64,000 nt of DNA from the human T2T-CHM13v2.0 reference genome, Homo sapiens (GCF_009914755.1 NC_060936.1), one strand, 5' to 3'. Numbered from the stretch's first letter, positions 43,161-57,363 are shown. Numbers and translations: made by a program. Notes: generated from the letters alone by a model not told the origin.

Positions 43161-43286
43161 CTTTTTTTTTTGAAATGGAGTCTTACTATGTTGCCCAGTT
43201 GGTCTTAAACTCCTGGCCTCAAGTGATCCTCCTGCCTCAGCCTCCTGAGTAGCTGGGACTACAGGTGTGTGCCACCATGCCTGGCT
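43161..43286 (-). mobile_element. Alu monomer (FLAM_A-like)
   Basis: Reverse monomer; TSD TTTGTATCTT. Confidence 0.85.
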
Positions 43287-43613
43287 TCTGTATTTGTATC
43301 TTGATTGCCTTCTTTATCACTGTTAAATTTGCTTTTCATGATAGAAAAGCCAGACCCACACTTTTCTATATTCCTTCTTTGCTGGTTATATGTATAATAT
43401 GAAACGGCCTTTGCAAATATCAGGTAAAAATGCATGTAGGTTCTGTGAAATATTCGTAGTAATAAATTGAGACACCTTTTAATTAGTGTTACCCTTGTGA
43501 CTTTCTGTTGTACATAATCCTTTTTCTAAATACATCATTAAAATAATTATTTTTTTATCAGCATAAGCTTACTGAAAGGAAAAAAAATCTTACTGTGCCT
43601 TACTATTTTACAG

Positions 43614-43758
43614 AGCGTCACATGATAACACGTTAGTCAGCTGCTGTCGGCTGGTGGTGCCAGACATCAAAGGAAGATTGGGAAAACTTTAGTAGAAAAA
43701 CAAGACCTAGAGTTCTAAGGATGCTCAGTGCTGTCCAGCTGTTGATGTGACTTGCATG
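43614..43758 (+). other. Candidate internal non-coding exon
   Basis: Acceptor ccttactattttacag|A with tcttact branch-like motif; donor ATG|GTAACC; unique sequence. Confidence 0.3.
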
Positions 43759-45497
43759 GTAACCAGACATCACTGGACCATACACTTAAGAGAGAGGAGG
43801 AGTTTTTTTTAAAAAAAGTGGGAGCCACCTAGAAGTCTGGAAGTTCTTTTCTTCTCTCTCACTAAAGCATTCCTTGTTTTAGCCAAAAAAAAAAAAAAAA
43901 AAAAAGTCTCATGACCTTCCAAGGCCAAGGAAGGCTTACAGCTTTGAGTATTTTTGTCATGTGGTTGCTCTTTACGAAATATTAGCTTGATGTCCTCTAA
44001 CTCTGAAGTACTTATGTCTGTTATTGATGTTTGTAATCTCTACTTCTTACATAATTCTGCATTTTTCTCTTGACTTGTTTTTTAGGACTTTAGTATTCCT
44101 TAAAAATCATTTCCTCACACCCTTAGAGTGTAGTTCTAGTTCTTTCTAGTTTTGTATCTTATAGATCACTGAGTGTGTGGGGGCACTTTGGAGCTGATTC
44201 AAGTCCTTCAGAACGTACTCCTCTGCAGTCCACCTCGGGGGTTCCCAAACTGTGATCCTTTGAGTGGTCTGGACCCTGAGGTTTCCGTAGCCTGGGTGCT
44301 CTTGGGTTGGGAGAGCAAGGAGGATGAAAGCAGCATTTTTGAGCCCCTGTTGGGTGCTCTCGAAGAGGAGGAGTGAGTAGTTTATCTGGTCAGAATTGGA
44401 AAAGTGAAGCTTAGGCTTTCTTTCCATATATTTGCTTCACAAAAGAAAATTGTTCCTTTTGTTCCTACATTTCCCCACTCCTGATTTTCTAGTCAGGAAG
44501 GCATGAGAAGAGAGAGATGCCCCTGCAAGCCAGACCCTTACCCTGGTGCTTATTTAGACCTGATTTTAAAAATGTTGAGAGCAAGCCCTGAGAGGGGCAC
44601 ACCAGGTGATTTGCCTCGTGTAGGCCCTCTGTGCCTGCAGGACATTCGCATCACGAGTAGCTGCCACTGTGGAGGAGAGGAAAGTTATGGTTGGGAACCC
44701 TTGTTATTTTTTTTCCACCATGTATATATGTCCACTGGTTACTTGGGTGACCTTGAACAAGTTGCCTTGAGCTTTTTAACACCAATAATATTTATTACCC
44801 ATTTATTTCACAGACTTGCTATAGGATTTAGAAAGCTATTCTTAGCAAGTGTTTTTTTTTTTTTTTAAATCACATTCAGATATATCACAAAATATTGCAG
44901 TGAACTGTAGGGCTGTCCAAATTTTATGTATGCAGCAAAATATTTTCTTACTCATTAGCATATGTTTTACTCTTTGTTTTAAAAAGAAATCAGATGTAAA
45001 TGCAGGTTATAACAAGAGGAGAGCTGTGATGGTTTGCTACCAGGTTTTATGTAGGTAATATATTTTGTCACTGTTGTTATATTTGGTCACTGTTGTTAGC
45101 TATCATTGGCTCGTGAGTGCTAAATCATGTTTATCCTTATAGTAATTTTACTATTGGAAAATCGCTTAAGACTAAATTATTCTTCCAGATACAAGTATAT
45201 ATGTTTAAAAGAAATTGGGATTCTCTTTAATGGATAGATATTGGGCAGAAAGTAAGGTTTTACCCTTATTTTTGCTTAAAATATTTGAGTGGATTTATAA
45301 TCGATGAAACTCTACTGTAAAAATACCAGTGAGAAATAGGGATGTTTTGTAATGTTGAAGGTAAAATTTGTTCATTTCTATGGGAAGTTCTAATACGTTA
45401 AATGTCAGAATATCTTATAGTAGTTTATTTGTGCTGTATTTTTTCTTTTTAGTGTATAATGACTTCCCTTATATTTCTTTTTTTAAACAGCTTTATT

Positions 45498-45802
45498 TAA
45501 TTAATTAATTTATATATTTTTTGAGACGGAGTCTTGCTCTGTCGTCCAGGCTGGAGTGCAGTGGCACGATCTTGGCTCACTGCAAGCTCCGCCTCCCGGG
45601 TTCATGCCATTCTCCCGCCTCCGCCTCCTGAGTAGCTGGGACTACAGGTCCCCGCCACCACGCCCAGCTAATTTTTTACATTTTTATTAGAGACAGGATT
45701 TACCATGTTAGCCAGGATGGTCTTGATTTCCTGACCTCGTGATCCGCCTGCCTCGGCCTCCCAAAGTGCTGGGATTACAGGCATGAGCCACCGTGCCCAG
45801 CC
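45498..45802 (-). mobile_element. AluY
   Basis: tgcaagctccgcctcccgggttcatgccattctc and ttagccaggatgg Y diagnostics; TSD TTAAACAGCTTTATT. Confidence 0.94.
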
Positions 45803-45925
45803 TTAAACAGCTTTATTGAGATATCATTGACACACAATAAACTGCACATACCTAACTGTACAATTTTACAAGATTTGATCTATGTATACACATGAAATCA
45901 TTCCCACATCACTTTCCCAAATTTC

Positions 45926-46216
45926 TTTTTTTTTTTTTTTTTTTTGAGACAGGGTCTTGCTCTGTTGCCCAGGCTGGAGTACAGTGGCATGATCTTGGCT
46001 CACTCAACCACTGCCTCCTAGGTTCAGTCAATTCTGCCTCAGCTTCCCGAGTAGCTGGGACTACAGGCTTGTGCCACCATGGCTGGCTAAGTTATGTATT
46101 TTTAGTAGAGACTGGGTTTTGCCATGTTGGCCAGGCTTATCTCTCGACCTCAAATGATCCGCCCACCTTAGCCTCCCAAAGTACTGGGATTACAGGTGAG
46201 AGCCACCACGCCCACC
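45926..46216 (-). mobile_element. Alu (AluJ/S)
   Basis: Reverse Alu; TSD CCAAATTT. Confidence 0.88.
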
Positions 46217-46811
46217 CCAAATTTTCTCATTCTCCTTTGTAATTTATCTTCCTTTCATTCTCCCGTTTCCTCTAAACCACTGGTCTGCTGTCACTATAGA
46301 GTAGTTCAAATTTTCTGGAATTTTAGATTAATGGAATTATGCAGTAATATACTTTTTTTTGTTGTTGAGGCTTCTTAAACTCAGAATAATGGTTTGGAGA
46401 TTCATTCATGTTGATTTATGTAGTAGTAGTTTATTCCTCTTCATTGCTGAGTAGTATTTCATTGTGTGAGTACACAGCAATTCATTTATCTACCTATTGA
46501 TGAACATTAGAATTGTTGCTAATTTTTGGCTATTACAAATAAAGCTGTTATGAATACTTGCATACAAGTATTGTATAGACATATACTTTCATTTATCTTG
46601 GGTAAGTACCCAGGAGTGGAATGGCTGGATCTTATGGTAGGTGTATGCTTAGCTTTTTAAGAAACTGCCAAACTGTTTTCCCAAGTGATTGTACCATTTT
46701 ACATTCTTAACCACCAGCAGGTAAACATGCTGTTTCCTTTGCATCCTTGTCAACACTTGGCATAGTTGGTCTTTTTTAGACATTTGTGGTATTTTATTGT
46801 GGGTTTTTAAA

Positions 46812-47068
46812 ATTTTTATTTTTTTAATTTTAAAGACAGGGTCTTGCTCTGTTGCCGAGGCTGGAGTACAGTAGTACAGTCATAGTTCCCAAGTAGCTAG
46901 GACCACACACATGTGCCACCATGCCCGGCTGTTTTTTAAAATATTTTATTTTGTAGAGATGAGGTCTTGCTATGTTGCCCAGGCTGGTCTTGAACTCCTG
47001 GCCTCAAGCAGTCCTCCCACCTTGGCCTCCCGGTGTTGAGATCACAGGCATGAGCCATGTGTCCAGCC
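46812..47068 (-). mobile_element. Alu (AluJ) with internal deletion
   Basis: Reverse Alu; TSD ATTGTGG(G/T)TTT. Confidence 0.85.
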
Positions 47069-48079
47069 ATCATTGTGGTTTTAATTTGCATTTCCCTAAC
47101 AACTAGTGATGTAAAGAATCTTTTCATGTGTTTTTTATGCTATCTTTGTATCTTCTTTGGTGAAGTGTCCTAGTCTTTTGCTGATGTTTTTATTGGGTTG
47201 TTTTCTTATTATTAAATTTTGAGAATTCTTATATATTTTGAATACAAGTGTTTCATCAAATATATGCTTTGCAAAGAATTTCTCCCAGTTTGTGTCTCAT
47301 CGTTTTCTTAACAGTGACTTTTGAAAAGCAGAAGGTTTTAATTTTGATGAGGTTCAACTTATAAATTTGTTTTTTATAGATTGGGCTTTTGGTGTGGTAT
47401 TTAAGAAATCTTTGCCTAGCCTAAGGTCATAAAGATTTTCTCCTATGTTTTCTTCTAGAAGTTTTATGTTTTAGATTTAGATCTGTGATGCATTTTGTGT
47501 TTCTTACATGGTGTGAGTTATGGATGGAAGTTAATTTTCTGCATATGGAAATTCAGTTGTTCCAACACTGTTGAAACGACTATTCTTTCTCCATTGAATT
47601 GCCTTTGCACCCTTGTCAAAAATCAGTTGTCTGTTATATCCTTTTTTATTGTATCAGTTGATATACACATGGTATTACACAGTATTGTTAATTATCACAG
47701 CTGGATGACCAACTAAATGAAAAGCAGCTATCTCCAAGCCAGTACTTGATAATGTGTTTTTGTCACGTTTAATCACATTTCTAGTTTCCTTACAATAGCC
47801 TTTGTGGAAGGCTTTCCTACTCAGACATTCCTTCTCCCTCTTTTCCTTTCTTTTTTTGTTATTTGCTCTCTGTTATAATAATAGAGTCTGGTGATGAGGG
47901 TACATACATACCTTATCCCTTTTAACTAATCTCAAATACACTTTTTAAAAAATGTTTCCTATTGATAATTATATTACTTTTCTTTGAAAACCTCCCAACC
48001 TAGATCATTCACTTAATTTTAATTTTTCTATTCTTGATTATGTGTTTCTTCCCCTGTTGTATTCTGCTGAGTAATGGCA

Positions 48080-48230
48080 TGATTGGAAAGAGTGCCCACT
48101 TAAGTTAAAGCCTGGCTACACAGGTGTAGCCTTGAAGAAGTTGTGAGCCTTATCGAGCCTCAAGTTTCTAATGTCTAAATGGGGCCACTGATTCTTCACT
48201 CTGGGTTGTTTTGAAATAAAGGAGATGTTT
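48080..48230 (+). mobile_element. MIR fragment
   Basis: gtagccttgaagaagtt...gagcctcaagtttctaatgtctaaatgggg. Confidence 0.5.
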
Positions 48231-48808
48231 ATGTATGTCCACATACAGAAACAAATGGATATGAAGTACCTCAGTGGAGAGTTAGTGCCTTCCCCTTACC
48301 CAACTCCATGAACTCTGAATAATCATTTTGTTTGAACTGGGAGGCAGGACAGGCCTCTGCTCTCTGGGGAGGACAGGCACTGACCCCTCTGCAGTCTATC
48401 CAGGCAAGTAGCTCTGAAGAGAACTGGAGTTAGAGACAACCCTGTCTGTTCAAGTCATGCAAGGATGGGAGAAGAGCTCCTCACCATGCACACCCTGGAT
48501 CCCGCTGTCTTCGGGGCCCTTCTCTATCAGTAATCCATCCTCTCTCCCGAATTCAGTCTCGCCTTTCCTTGACTTCTTGCTTTGGGCCTGGAAACAATAT
48601 GTCAAGTCCATTGACCCTGGTGCTGCTTCTAGCTGTCTCCTTTCTCAGCCAGCTTCTTACAGGGGTTGTCTGTGCTTATTGCTTCTACTACTTCACCTGC
48701 CAACTCACTCCCCAGCCAGGTACCATTTCTTAGAAACGTTTCATGCCACAGGCATCCATATCTTAATTGCCTAAACCAGTGGAAACTTTTCAGCCCTAAT
48801 ATAACTGA

Positions 48809-49205
<397 letters not shown>

Positions 49206-49289
49206 TGTTTGTTCATCCTTTTAGTTGTTCATTCAAAGCCAAACTGCACGCCCCTCCATGAATGAGGATATAGCAGAGAGTAAAACACA

Positions 49290-50230
49290 CAAAGCTCCTG
49301 TTTGCATGGAGAGCACACTGTACTAGGGGGAGAGAGATAATAAATGAACAAATATTTTCACTTTATTTATTTGGTGATAAATGCTTTAGAGAAAAAAATA
49401 AGGTGGGGGGATTGAAAATGCTAGGGGTGGGAGTAGAGGTGTTATTTGATATTGGATGGATAGGAAGCCCTTGCTAATGTAAGCACATTTGAGTAGAGAC
49501 CTTAATGAAATGAAGGAGCCAGCTCTCTGGCTGCCTACAGGAAGAACGCTCCAGATAGACGGCACAGTGCAGAGGCCCTGGAGCCAGTGCTCACATGTGT
49601 ACCCACATCCCAGCCACCATGCGGGTAAGGCTGGGGGGAGCAAAGGGCTGGAGATGAGGCAGAGGAGGTAGTGGGGGTCCCTATACCTTAGGCCTTATTG
49701 GCTATGACAAGGATCTTGGTTTTGACTCTGAGTGAGAAGACAGTTGAGAGTCTTGAATAGAGGAATGAATAAACTGGACTGCAGCCTGAGTAGCAGGCAG
49801 GAGTACAGACTCCGGAGCTGGCTACTGTGGTAAAAACCCAACCGTCTGCCTGCTGGCTGTAGGACCATGGATTAGTTCCATAACTTCTCTGTGCCTTATC
49901 GGTAAAATGGAGATAGTAATGATACCTGTCTCACAGTGTCGTAAGGATTAGAAGAGTTAATATTTGTGAAGAACAGAGCATGGCAGATAGTATTATAAAA
50001 GTGTTTGTTAAATAGAATTAGTAAAATTGAAAAGGTTCACTCTGCTGTTATATGGAAAGTGTTTGCCAAGGGGAAGTAAGGCTAGAAGTAGAAAGACCAG
50101 TTAGGAGATAATTGCAACAATCCGTGCAAGGGATGGCTTAGATGAGGTGCTGATGGTGGAGGTGGGGAAGTGAGGAGAAGGGTCACATCCTGGGTATATT
50201 TTGGCGGGGTGGCTGGAGGATTGGATCTGC
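49290..50230 (-). mobile_element. L2a, antisense, interrupted by a MIR
   Basis: catttgagtagagaccttaatgaaatgaaggagccagc...ttttgactctgagtgaga...gggagaccagttaggag-like blocks. Confidence 0.75.
49790..50010 (+). mobile_element. MIR
   Basis: taacttctctgtgcct...gtaaaatggagatagtaatgatacctgtctcacag...taaggattag. Confidence 0.7.
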
Positions 50231-50289
50231 TTTTCTTTCCATCCTGGAACTTTCCAAGTTTTCTTTGCTGCCTTGTCTGCTCCCTCTTG

Positions 50290-50480
50290 AACAGGGGTTC
50301 TCCAGTGGGGTGGTGCCATTCCGGAATATGTGGGTGCATGTTTTGGTTGTTGCAGACTGGAGAGATGGGTATTTCTGGTATTTAGTGGCCAGGGGCTGGG
50401 CCAGGGGTACTCAGCATCCTATCTGGTGAAGACTTGTTCCTCGAAATGTGCCAGTGGCATCCTGGATGAGAAATGCTGCT
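50290..50480. mobile_element. MER20-like hAT-Charlie fragment
   Basis: caggggttctc...ggaatatgtggg...ttttggttgt...ctggtatttagtgg...gatgagaaatgctg. Confidence 0.5.
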
Positions 50481-52994
50481 TTAGACCTTTATTTCCCCGA
50501 CCCCCACTCACCTCCCGTCTCTGCTCGCTCACCTGCCTCCTCAAGATTTCTTAACCTATAGTCCCTGTGTGGGCAGCAGGGAAGCCCACGAGCTCCCTGA
50601 TATTTTTTCTCAAAATGTTCATGTGCTTTTAAACTCTCTTTCTTCCTGTACGACCCCACTTTTTTTTTTTTTTGGTGAGAGGTTGCAGAATTTTTCATCA
50701 AGTTCTGAAAGGAGTTCACATCCTAAGAATGTAAGAATTTCTGTTATGAGTGATCTCACCCGTCACCCACCTTCATTGTTTTTACTCCAACCTTTATGGT
50801 GCTGAATGTCCGGATCTGTGCTCCTGCAGTGCTCTGTGCCCTGATTTCTGGGCCCCTGCCCACTGAACTATGTGTCAGTTTCTCGGGATCAGTGTGTCAC
50901 CTAACTTCCTCCTTAATTTCCTGCCGGGATTTGTGGGACCATTATCCATCTTACTCTTAATATTGTCTTTCCTGTGCCACCTCACCTTGAGTAATTCATC
51001 TAGTTCTGATTTTACCTCCTGGACAGCTGAGGAAATTTTCTCCATCTTCCATCATTCACTATCCTAATTTATCATCTCTCATTTAGATTGTTTCCTCTTA
51101 ACTGGTCTCCCCGCCTGAAACCCATCCTCCATGTTGCCGGATGAGCTCTTGGACACAGAAATCTCACTGTGTCACTGACCTGCTAAAAGCCCAACCCTCA
51201 GTGCCCACAGGATTGAGTTCAGACTGTTACGATACACAGGACCTCGGACATCTGGCTCTGGTCTCACACCCTGGGCTGGTCAGATGGCTGTCCTGCCTTA
51301 CTGCTTGTCTGCCCTCCCATCCCTTGACTGTTCTCAGGCACTGGGCACCAGGTGCCAACAGGACTACATTAATAAGACTTCCCATGCATTGATGCTGAAA
51401 CATCTGAACATGCTATTTGATGACATGAAGAAATGGTTCATCCTCTTTTTTGCCTGCCAGAACACTTGACGGTATTAAAACCAGCCTGGCTGTCCCTTTC
51501 TCTTGAAGGAGGATCTCACTCCCTTAGGAGGTGATCGTGCCTTCCTTCTATATCATATGCATACATAGTTCTTATTCCTTTGCTGTAATTTTAGAAGCCC
51601 TCTACTTTAAACAACTAAGCTTCTGAGAGGCTCTTCTTAAGCTCATTTCTTCACGAGTTTCAAGTGACTAAGAGGTCTTTAAGCTTGTAGCCCTCGATGC
51701 AGTTCAAGGAATGCAAGTTGGTTCTTTGAAGCATTATAACTGATTATGTCCTTGCTGCTGGATGTTCTAGGGTTATCTTTTTCTAAAATGGAGCAGCTTT
51801 GTCTGCATTAAAACTCTCTGGAAACACATGGCTTCTTAATGATTTTCGTGGGGCCCTGGGGAGCCCCTCAGTAGCCCTTGATCTCCAAGTTCACTCCTTA
51901 CCTCTTGAATTGTAAGGAGCCTTGGTTATGCACAGCCTTTCTGTTGTGGAACAATTTTTTGGCCTCCTGAACTAACATTGGGCCAAGTTCCCACCTTTGG
52001 CACTGATCATCCTGTTGCATATTCAGAATGGAAAAACTTCTGATGATCTCTCTTCTGTGTTCTGGTCGGTCATTAATGCTTGTACTTCATCCTTTGCCCT
52101 CCAGGAGTCTTCCTAGTTTTCATTTCATATGGAAAAAAAAGAAAAAAAAAGAAGAAGAAAAGTATTTTTTCACCACTCTCAACTGTTTCCAATGAGCTTT
52201 CTTTTTGTTTCTGTTATGATGTGTGTCTCTTTTTATTAGCGCTTAAAAAATGTACTGTGCTTTTGCATTGGCAGATGCAATGGCATTAGTAATGTTTGTA
52301 AAACACTTAAAAATGTATTGTAGATACAGCAGACACATTCATCCACAGACTAACAAACATGAAAGTAACCACCCAGGAGAAGTTTTCAGAGTTTGGCTCT
52401 GGAACTGGTATTTGTTGCCATCTGAGCACTTGTGATTTCAATCACGAGAGTGAGAAGTCCAGGTTGGTTTAGTATTGCTTTCCCTGCTAGACTTTGGGTC
52501 TCCTGGAAAGCAGGATCCATATTTAGTTATCCACTGACTCTTTAATGGCAGGCACTTGTCTGACTCTTACTGATTCCCACTGGATCCTTGGGCCCAGCAC
52601 AGCTAGTCGTTGAGTGAATTTATACCCTAAAACAGGACCATGCCAAACTGCCGGTAGACACTAAGTGTGAAGACCAAACGAATAATTTGAAATATAACTG
52701 ACTTAATCATTCATATTACATGGATGACTTAGGTGATACTGAAATCTAGATTAATAGGAGTGGAAGTTTTACTTGGCTTCTGAAAACACTTCAACAAATA
52801 GTAAGTACTGACCATATTCAGGAGACTGACATAAGGTTATGAGGAAGAATGAAGTGGTCTTTGATTTGGGGAAGTTTATTATCAACCATTGAGGATACAG
52901 TAAGTACATAAATATTATATAAGCTATAATATGTAATATTATAAATATATAAAGCTGAGTAAGAGGAGAGAGTGGCTAAAAAACTAAAAGAGTA

Positions 52995-53600
52995 AGGGCA
53001 TTTACTCCAGCAGTATTTATAGTAATAAACATTAGAAACATCTAATGGTTAATATCAGGGCACTGGTTAAGTAAATTATTGTATAGGCTCCAGATGAACT
53101 GTTATACAGCCATTAAAAGTATTTATGAAGAATTTACAGTACTTTGGGTAAATCCTTTTCTTTTTATAAGGTTAAAATGAGAGAATACAAGATTGTACAC
53201 AGAAGGTGATAAGAATTTTTGTATTTTTTAAAAACAGTAATACCAAAAGGAAAAAACACCAGAATGAAGACATACCAAAATATTAACATAATTTTTTGAC
53301 TTCAAGTATGTTATGTCTGTGTGTACATGTATATGCACATGCATATGCAGTTTATTGGATTTTCATACACTGAACAAATCCATGCATCAAGTGCACAGAT
53401 CGAGAATACAGCATTATCAGCATCTCCATAGGCCCTGTGTTCCTCACTTCTAATGGCATCTCATAGTTTTGACTGTTTTTTTTCCTTGTATAAATGAAAT
53501 CATACAACATGTACTCTTTGGTGTCTTGGTTTCTGGCACCCAAGGCTGTGTGATTCATTCATATTGCGTATAACTGTAGCTTGTTCATTCTTTTTTTTAT
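52995..53600. mobile_element. Old L1ME-type fragments (two orientations)
   Basis: cagcagtatttatagtaa...ggttaagtaaatta...tatacagccattaaaa (+); ataaatgaaatcatacaacatgtactc...gattcattcatattg (-). Confidence 0.55.
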
Positions 53601-53607
53601 GGATGAC

Positions 53608-53727
53608 TTTTTTTGTTTTGAGACAGGGTCTCACTCTGTTGTCCAGGCTGGAGTGCATTGGCAAGATCATAGCCCACTGCATGCTTGAACTCCTGGGTTC
53701 AAGTGATCCTCCCTCCTCAGTCTCCCC
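53608..53727 (-). mobile_element. Alu right-arm fragment
   Basis: gagacagggtctcactctgttgtccaggctggagtgca...cctcagtctcccc. Confidence 0.85.
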
Positions 53728-53899
53728 AGAATAAGCAAATATTCTGTAATCATAAAAAGATCGCTATTTTTTTTTTTTTTAGAAGCAAAGGCTAGTTTAT
53801 TTGTTAAAATGCTTGGGTAGGTTCATTTGGCCAGTTTGGCTAGACTGTGGGACATATGAAGGGGAATTGAGAAGATAAATTGGCACTGTACTGAAACAG

Positions 53900-54100
53900 A
53901 TGTGGTGCATGCAGTGTGAACTGAGGGTTAGGATAACCAGGTTCTGTTTGTCACTTAGTAGTCATGGGACCATGGACACATCATTTAATCCCTTTGATCC
54001 TCAGTTTGCTCATCATCCATCCGTCAACTGGATGTGATGGTATCTATCTTCCTTATAAACTGACCATGAGGCTTAACTTGAGATGCTGAGTTTGTGAGAC
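53900..54100 (+). mobile_element. MIR
   Basis: gtcacttagtagtcatgggaccatggacacatcatttaatcc...cctcagtttgctcatc. Confidence 0.6.
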
Positions 54101-54144
54101 AGACTGCCAGACAGTGAGGTCCTTCATTTAAAAATTAGGGAGCC

Positions 54145-54502
54145 TGCTATGGTCTGAATGTTTGTGTCTCCCTCAAGTCCATATGTTGACATCCTAACCT
54201 CCAAGGTGATGGCATTTGGAGGTGGGGCCTTTGGAAGGTGATTAGCTCGTGGAGGTGGAGCTTTCATGAATGGGATTAGTGCCCTTATAAAAGAGAACTA
54301 TCTGTTCCCTTCTACCATGTGAGGACACAGCAAGAAGGTGCCATCCGTGAACCAAAAAGTGAGCCCTTGCCAGACACCTGATCCGCTGGTGCCATAATCA
54401 TGAACTTCCCAGTCTCCAGAACTGTGAGAAATACAAGTTTCTGTTATTGGTAAGCTACCCAGTTTATAGTATTTTGTTAAAGCAGCCCAAATGGAGTAAG
54501 AA
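54145..54502 (+). mobile_element. MLT1A0 MaLR solo LTR
   Basis: TGCTATGGTCTGAATGTTTGTGTC...gggattagtgcccttataaaagag...ccatgtgaggacacagcaagaagg...gcagcccaaatggagtaaga. Confidence 0.9.
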
Positions 54503-55449
54503 CCCGTGTCCGGCTGCTGTAAATTTCTCTATGAAGTGAGGGATGAGAGAAGGGTGTTATTAGGAAGTGAAAACAGATGGCTTTGAGGTTGCAGTTTGAG
54601 CAAAACAGAGAAGTTTGGGGCAAGTGTTGGCTAAGGTCTCAGTGAGCTCGGTGGTCCAGGGAGAAAGCAGCAGGGCTCAGCAGTGTTGAGGCCCCCACTG
54701 AGGTTGGAGCAATGTAAATGGAGTGTAATTTTTTTCCCCTAGAAGATTTATTTATTATTGTTTTATTTTGGCTAATATTAAACTGATTTTTCCTGATCAT
54801 ACAAGCGGAGGAGGTGAAAGAAAGAAGAGGGAGGGAGGTGGAAAGCCCAGCCAATACGCGAGAAGTGCCACAGCTAATCTGCAAAGAGAATGGAGATTCT
54901 GTTTAAAGGAAACCTCTGATTTTAAATGTGAGCAATGTGGAAGTCCACATTGAATTGGAACATGTTTTTCCAAAGGTATTTATCCTACAAGGGATGGCTA
55001 GGTTTTTTGTTTAATCCATGAGAGTCTACAAAACAGACAGGGACTTTTACTAAAATACCTTTTTTTTTTTTTAAGCCATAGCACTATACTAGCAGACACA
55101 GAGCAATACTCTAAGCCCAAGTTAGTTCTAAAGCAATCCCAGCATTTCCTAATGTAGAATCTGAATAAGTAGAAATCTTAATTTTCCTCAATACAGCTTT
55201 AACTATTTTAGATTTTTCAAATTGAATAGGGCTTGATGTACCAGCTTGCAAACCTATACATTTATGGTAGTATTGTTTCTATGGGAATATTGCTCAGGTA
55301 GGTGAAAAGTGTTGGGGCTGCACTCTGAGTTTGTCTGCCTCTTCCAGACATATTGACCAGTGAGCACTCAACCCTGAATGTAGCGTGGGTAGGGTAGCTA
55401 TTGGTAGATAATTGATGTCGGTGGATTGGGTGGTGCCTTTATTCATCAG

Positions 55450-55870
55450 TGATTCATTCATTCAATATCTGTGGAGTGTTTGCAAGCTGGCTATGCAAAA
55501 ACAATAAGAACCAATCTTATCTTTGAGACACTTTGTTAAAAGAGGGGCCTTTAAACAAATAATTTGTGAAGTGTGATAATGGATAAAATAGAGATGTGGG
55601 TTCCCAGGGTGGGGTTGGGAGTGAGTGCTTCTGGAAAGATCTTCCTAAGTCCACCTGAGGAAATCAGGGAATGTTAAAGAGGAAAGTTCAGTTTGAGCTA
55701 AGACTTGAGGATGAAAGGCATTTTTTCTGGGAGGACACTCCATACAAACAGGACAACAGGTCCAAAAGCACAGGATATAAGGGAGAATGTGGTCTGCCGG
55801 AGAACAAATAGTCTCGATATCATTAAAGTTAGATGTGCACAGTGGGCTGGGGGAGTGGCTGGAGCTGAGG
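55450..55870 (-). mobile_element. L2 3' fragment
   Basis: Starts attcattcattcaatatctgtggagtg; aggaaatcagggaa...tttgagctaagacttgaggatga. Confidence 0.55.
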
Positions 55871-56654
55871 TTAGGAATACTTACCCACCCCACCAGGGTA
55901 AAGGATGTTCATGCTGTACTAGAGTTTGTTTAGCTTTCAGTTGGTAGCAAGCTTGGTTATGAGAAGCAGCTTTTCCGGTCTTTGTCCTGAATTAAGATTT
56001 TGACATATTCAGATTTTAGATTAGAGAATGTTGGGATTGCTTTAGAATAACCTGGGTTCAGCATACTGCTCATTGTCTTCCAGTGTAGTGTATTGAGATT
56101 GCTGTGTTTATATTCACTCTACAAAGATTTATGTGAATTAAGTTAAAGGAACAATACTTGTAGTGGTTGATGTTACAAAGATAAGAAATGGCCTCTGCCT
56201 TTTAAAAAGCTTGCAATCTAGCAAAGCAAAAGTTGAACTTTAAGAAGACTTATTTTAGAAATAGAGATAAATGCAAAGGAAAGAGGAGAAACAGAGGAAG
56301 CTATTTAGAAGGTAGTACACGCTGATCAAGGACCAAAGGACCAGAAGAAATAATACCTGGGGACAGTGGCATAAAGGTGGATGAGAGGTGATGGGGTGCC
56401 CTAGGGAGAGGCCACCACAGCCAGAAAACTGTGGTGGTGGCTGACCCTGGAGCATGGATGTACAGAGTACCTTTGGGAAGCAGCACAGTGTCTAGACTCA
56501 GTCAGCTTGGGATGAGACTAGACAGAAATGGGGCCCATAATGTGATTGGAACCAGGTGTAGAGGAGCCGCACCCAGAAATTTTGGACCTTATTCCAAGCC
56601 AGTAGGCTTTTATGAACAGGTCTCCTGGTCTCCTCTCCTCACCCAGGCTGCCAG

Positions 56655-57363
56655 TGAGGCAGGAGAATAGGGTCTGGAGGCAGGGAACCTAAGGCTGTTT
56701 CATGCCAACTTCCTAGAACTAAATTGAAAGGAAAACCCATCAGATCGACTTCCTAGGACTAAATTGAAAGGAAAACTGTAACCCTCCGCTTAAGGAACAA
56801 GAGGACCAGAGGCTACTCCATTTGACCTTTTCTGTCTGGAGGATGGGAAATTGGCTGTCTGCAACAAATCATACTGAGTGCAGGTGGAGTCTTCATTTGC
56901 AACTTTGTAACTTCATTCCAGCCTCAGAGTGGTTGCTGTCCACACCAGCGGAGTCTTGGTTTGCACAGAAGTATAACTTTGTAACTTCACCTTAGCCTCT
57001 GATTGGTTGCTTCTTCTTTTGCATGTGACATTTGTAACTTCACTTCAGCCTCTGGTTGGCAGCTTTCTGCAACGAATCAGACTGATTGTGGGCTACCACT
57101 TCGGTTACATGAGATGAGCCTGAAGTGGCCAATGGGAAACTTCTAGTGGGTATTTGGACCCAAGAAGATTCAGTATCTGGGCCATTGAGCTGCTGCTTGG
57201 GTCTGCTCCCACACTGTGGAGTGTACTTTCGTTTTCAGTAAATCCCTGCCTTCGTTCTTTTGTGCTTTATTCTTTCTTTGCTTTGCTGGGCGTTTTGTCC
57301 AGTTCTTTTTTCAAAATGCCAAGAACCTGGACAACTTGGAGTCACGACCCTCTACCGGTGACA
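56655..57363 (+). mobile_element. MER51A-like ERV1 solo LTR
   Basis: TGAGGCAGGAGAATAGGGTCTGGAGGCAGGGAACCTAAGG...CCCTCTACCGGTGACA. Confidence 0.9.

Larger units (their letters stand above)
45485..47630 (-). mobile_element. Old L1 (L1MB/ME-type) 3' portion, antisense, split by three Alus
   Basis: acagctttattgagata...ccaggagtggaatggctggatc...aagaaactgccaaactgttttcc...ccattgaattgcctttgcacc. Confidence 0.85.

Noticed and set aside
51385-51440. TGATGA/CTGA motifs suggestive of a C/D-box snoRNA
   Set aside because: Boxes are in the wrong order or spacing, with no terminal stem or recognisable guide.
53318-53349. 32-nt purine-pyrimidine alternation (Z-DNA candidate)
   Set aside because: AT-rich and lacks CG steps; common low-complexity sequence at an old L1 junction.
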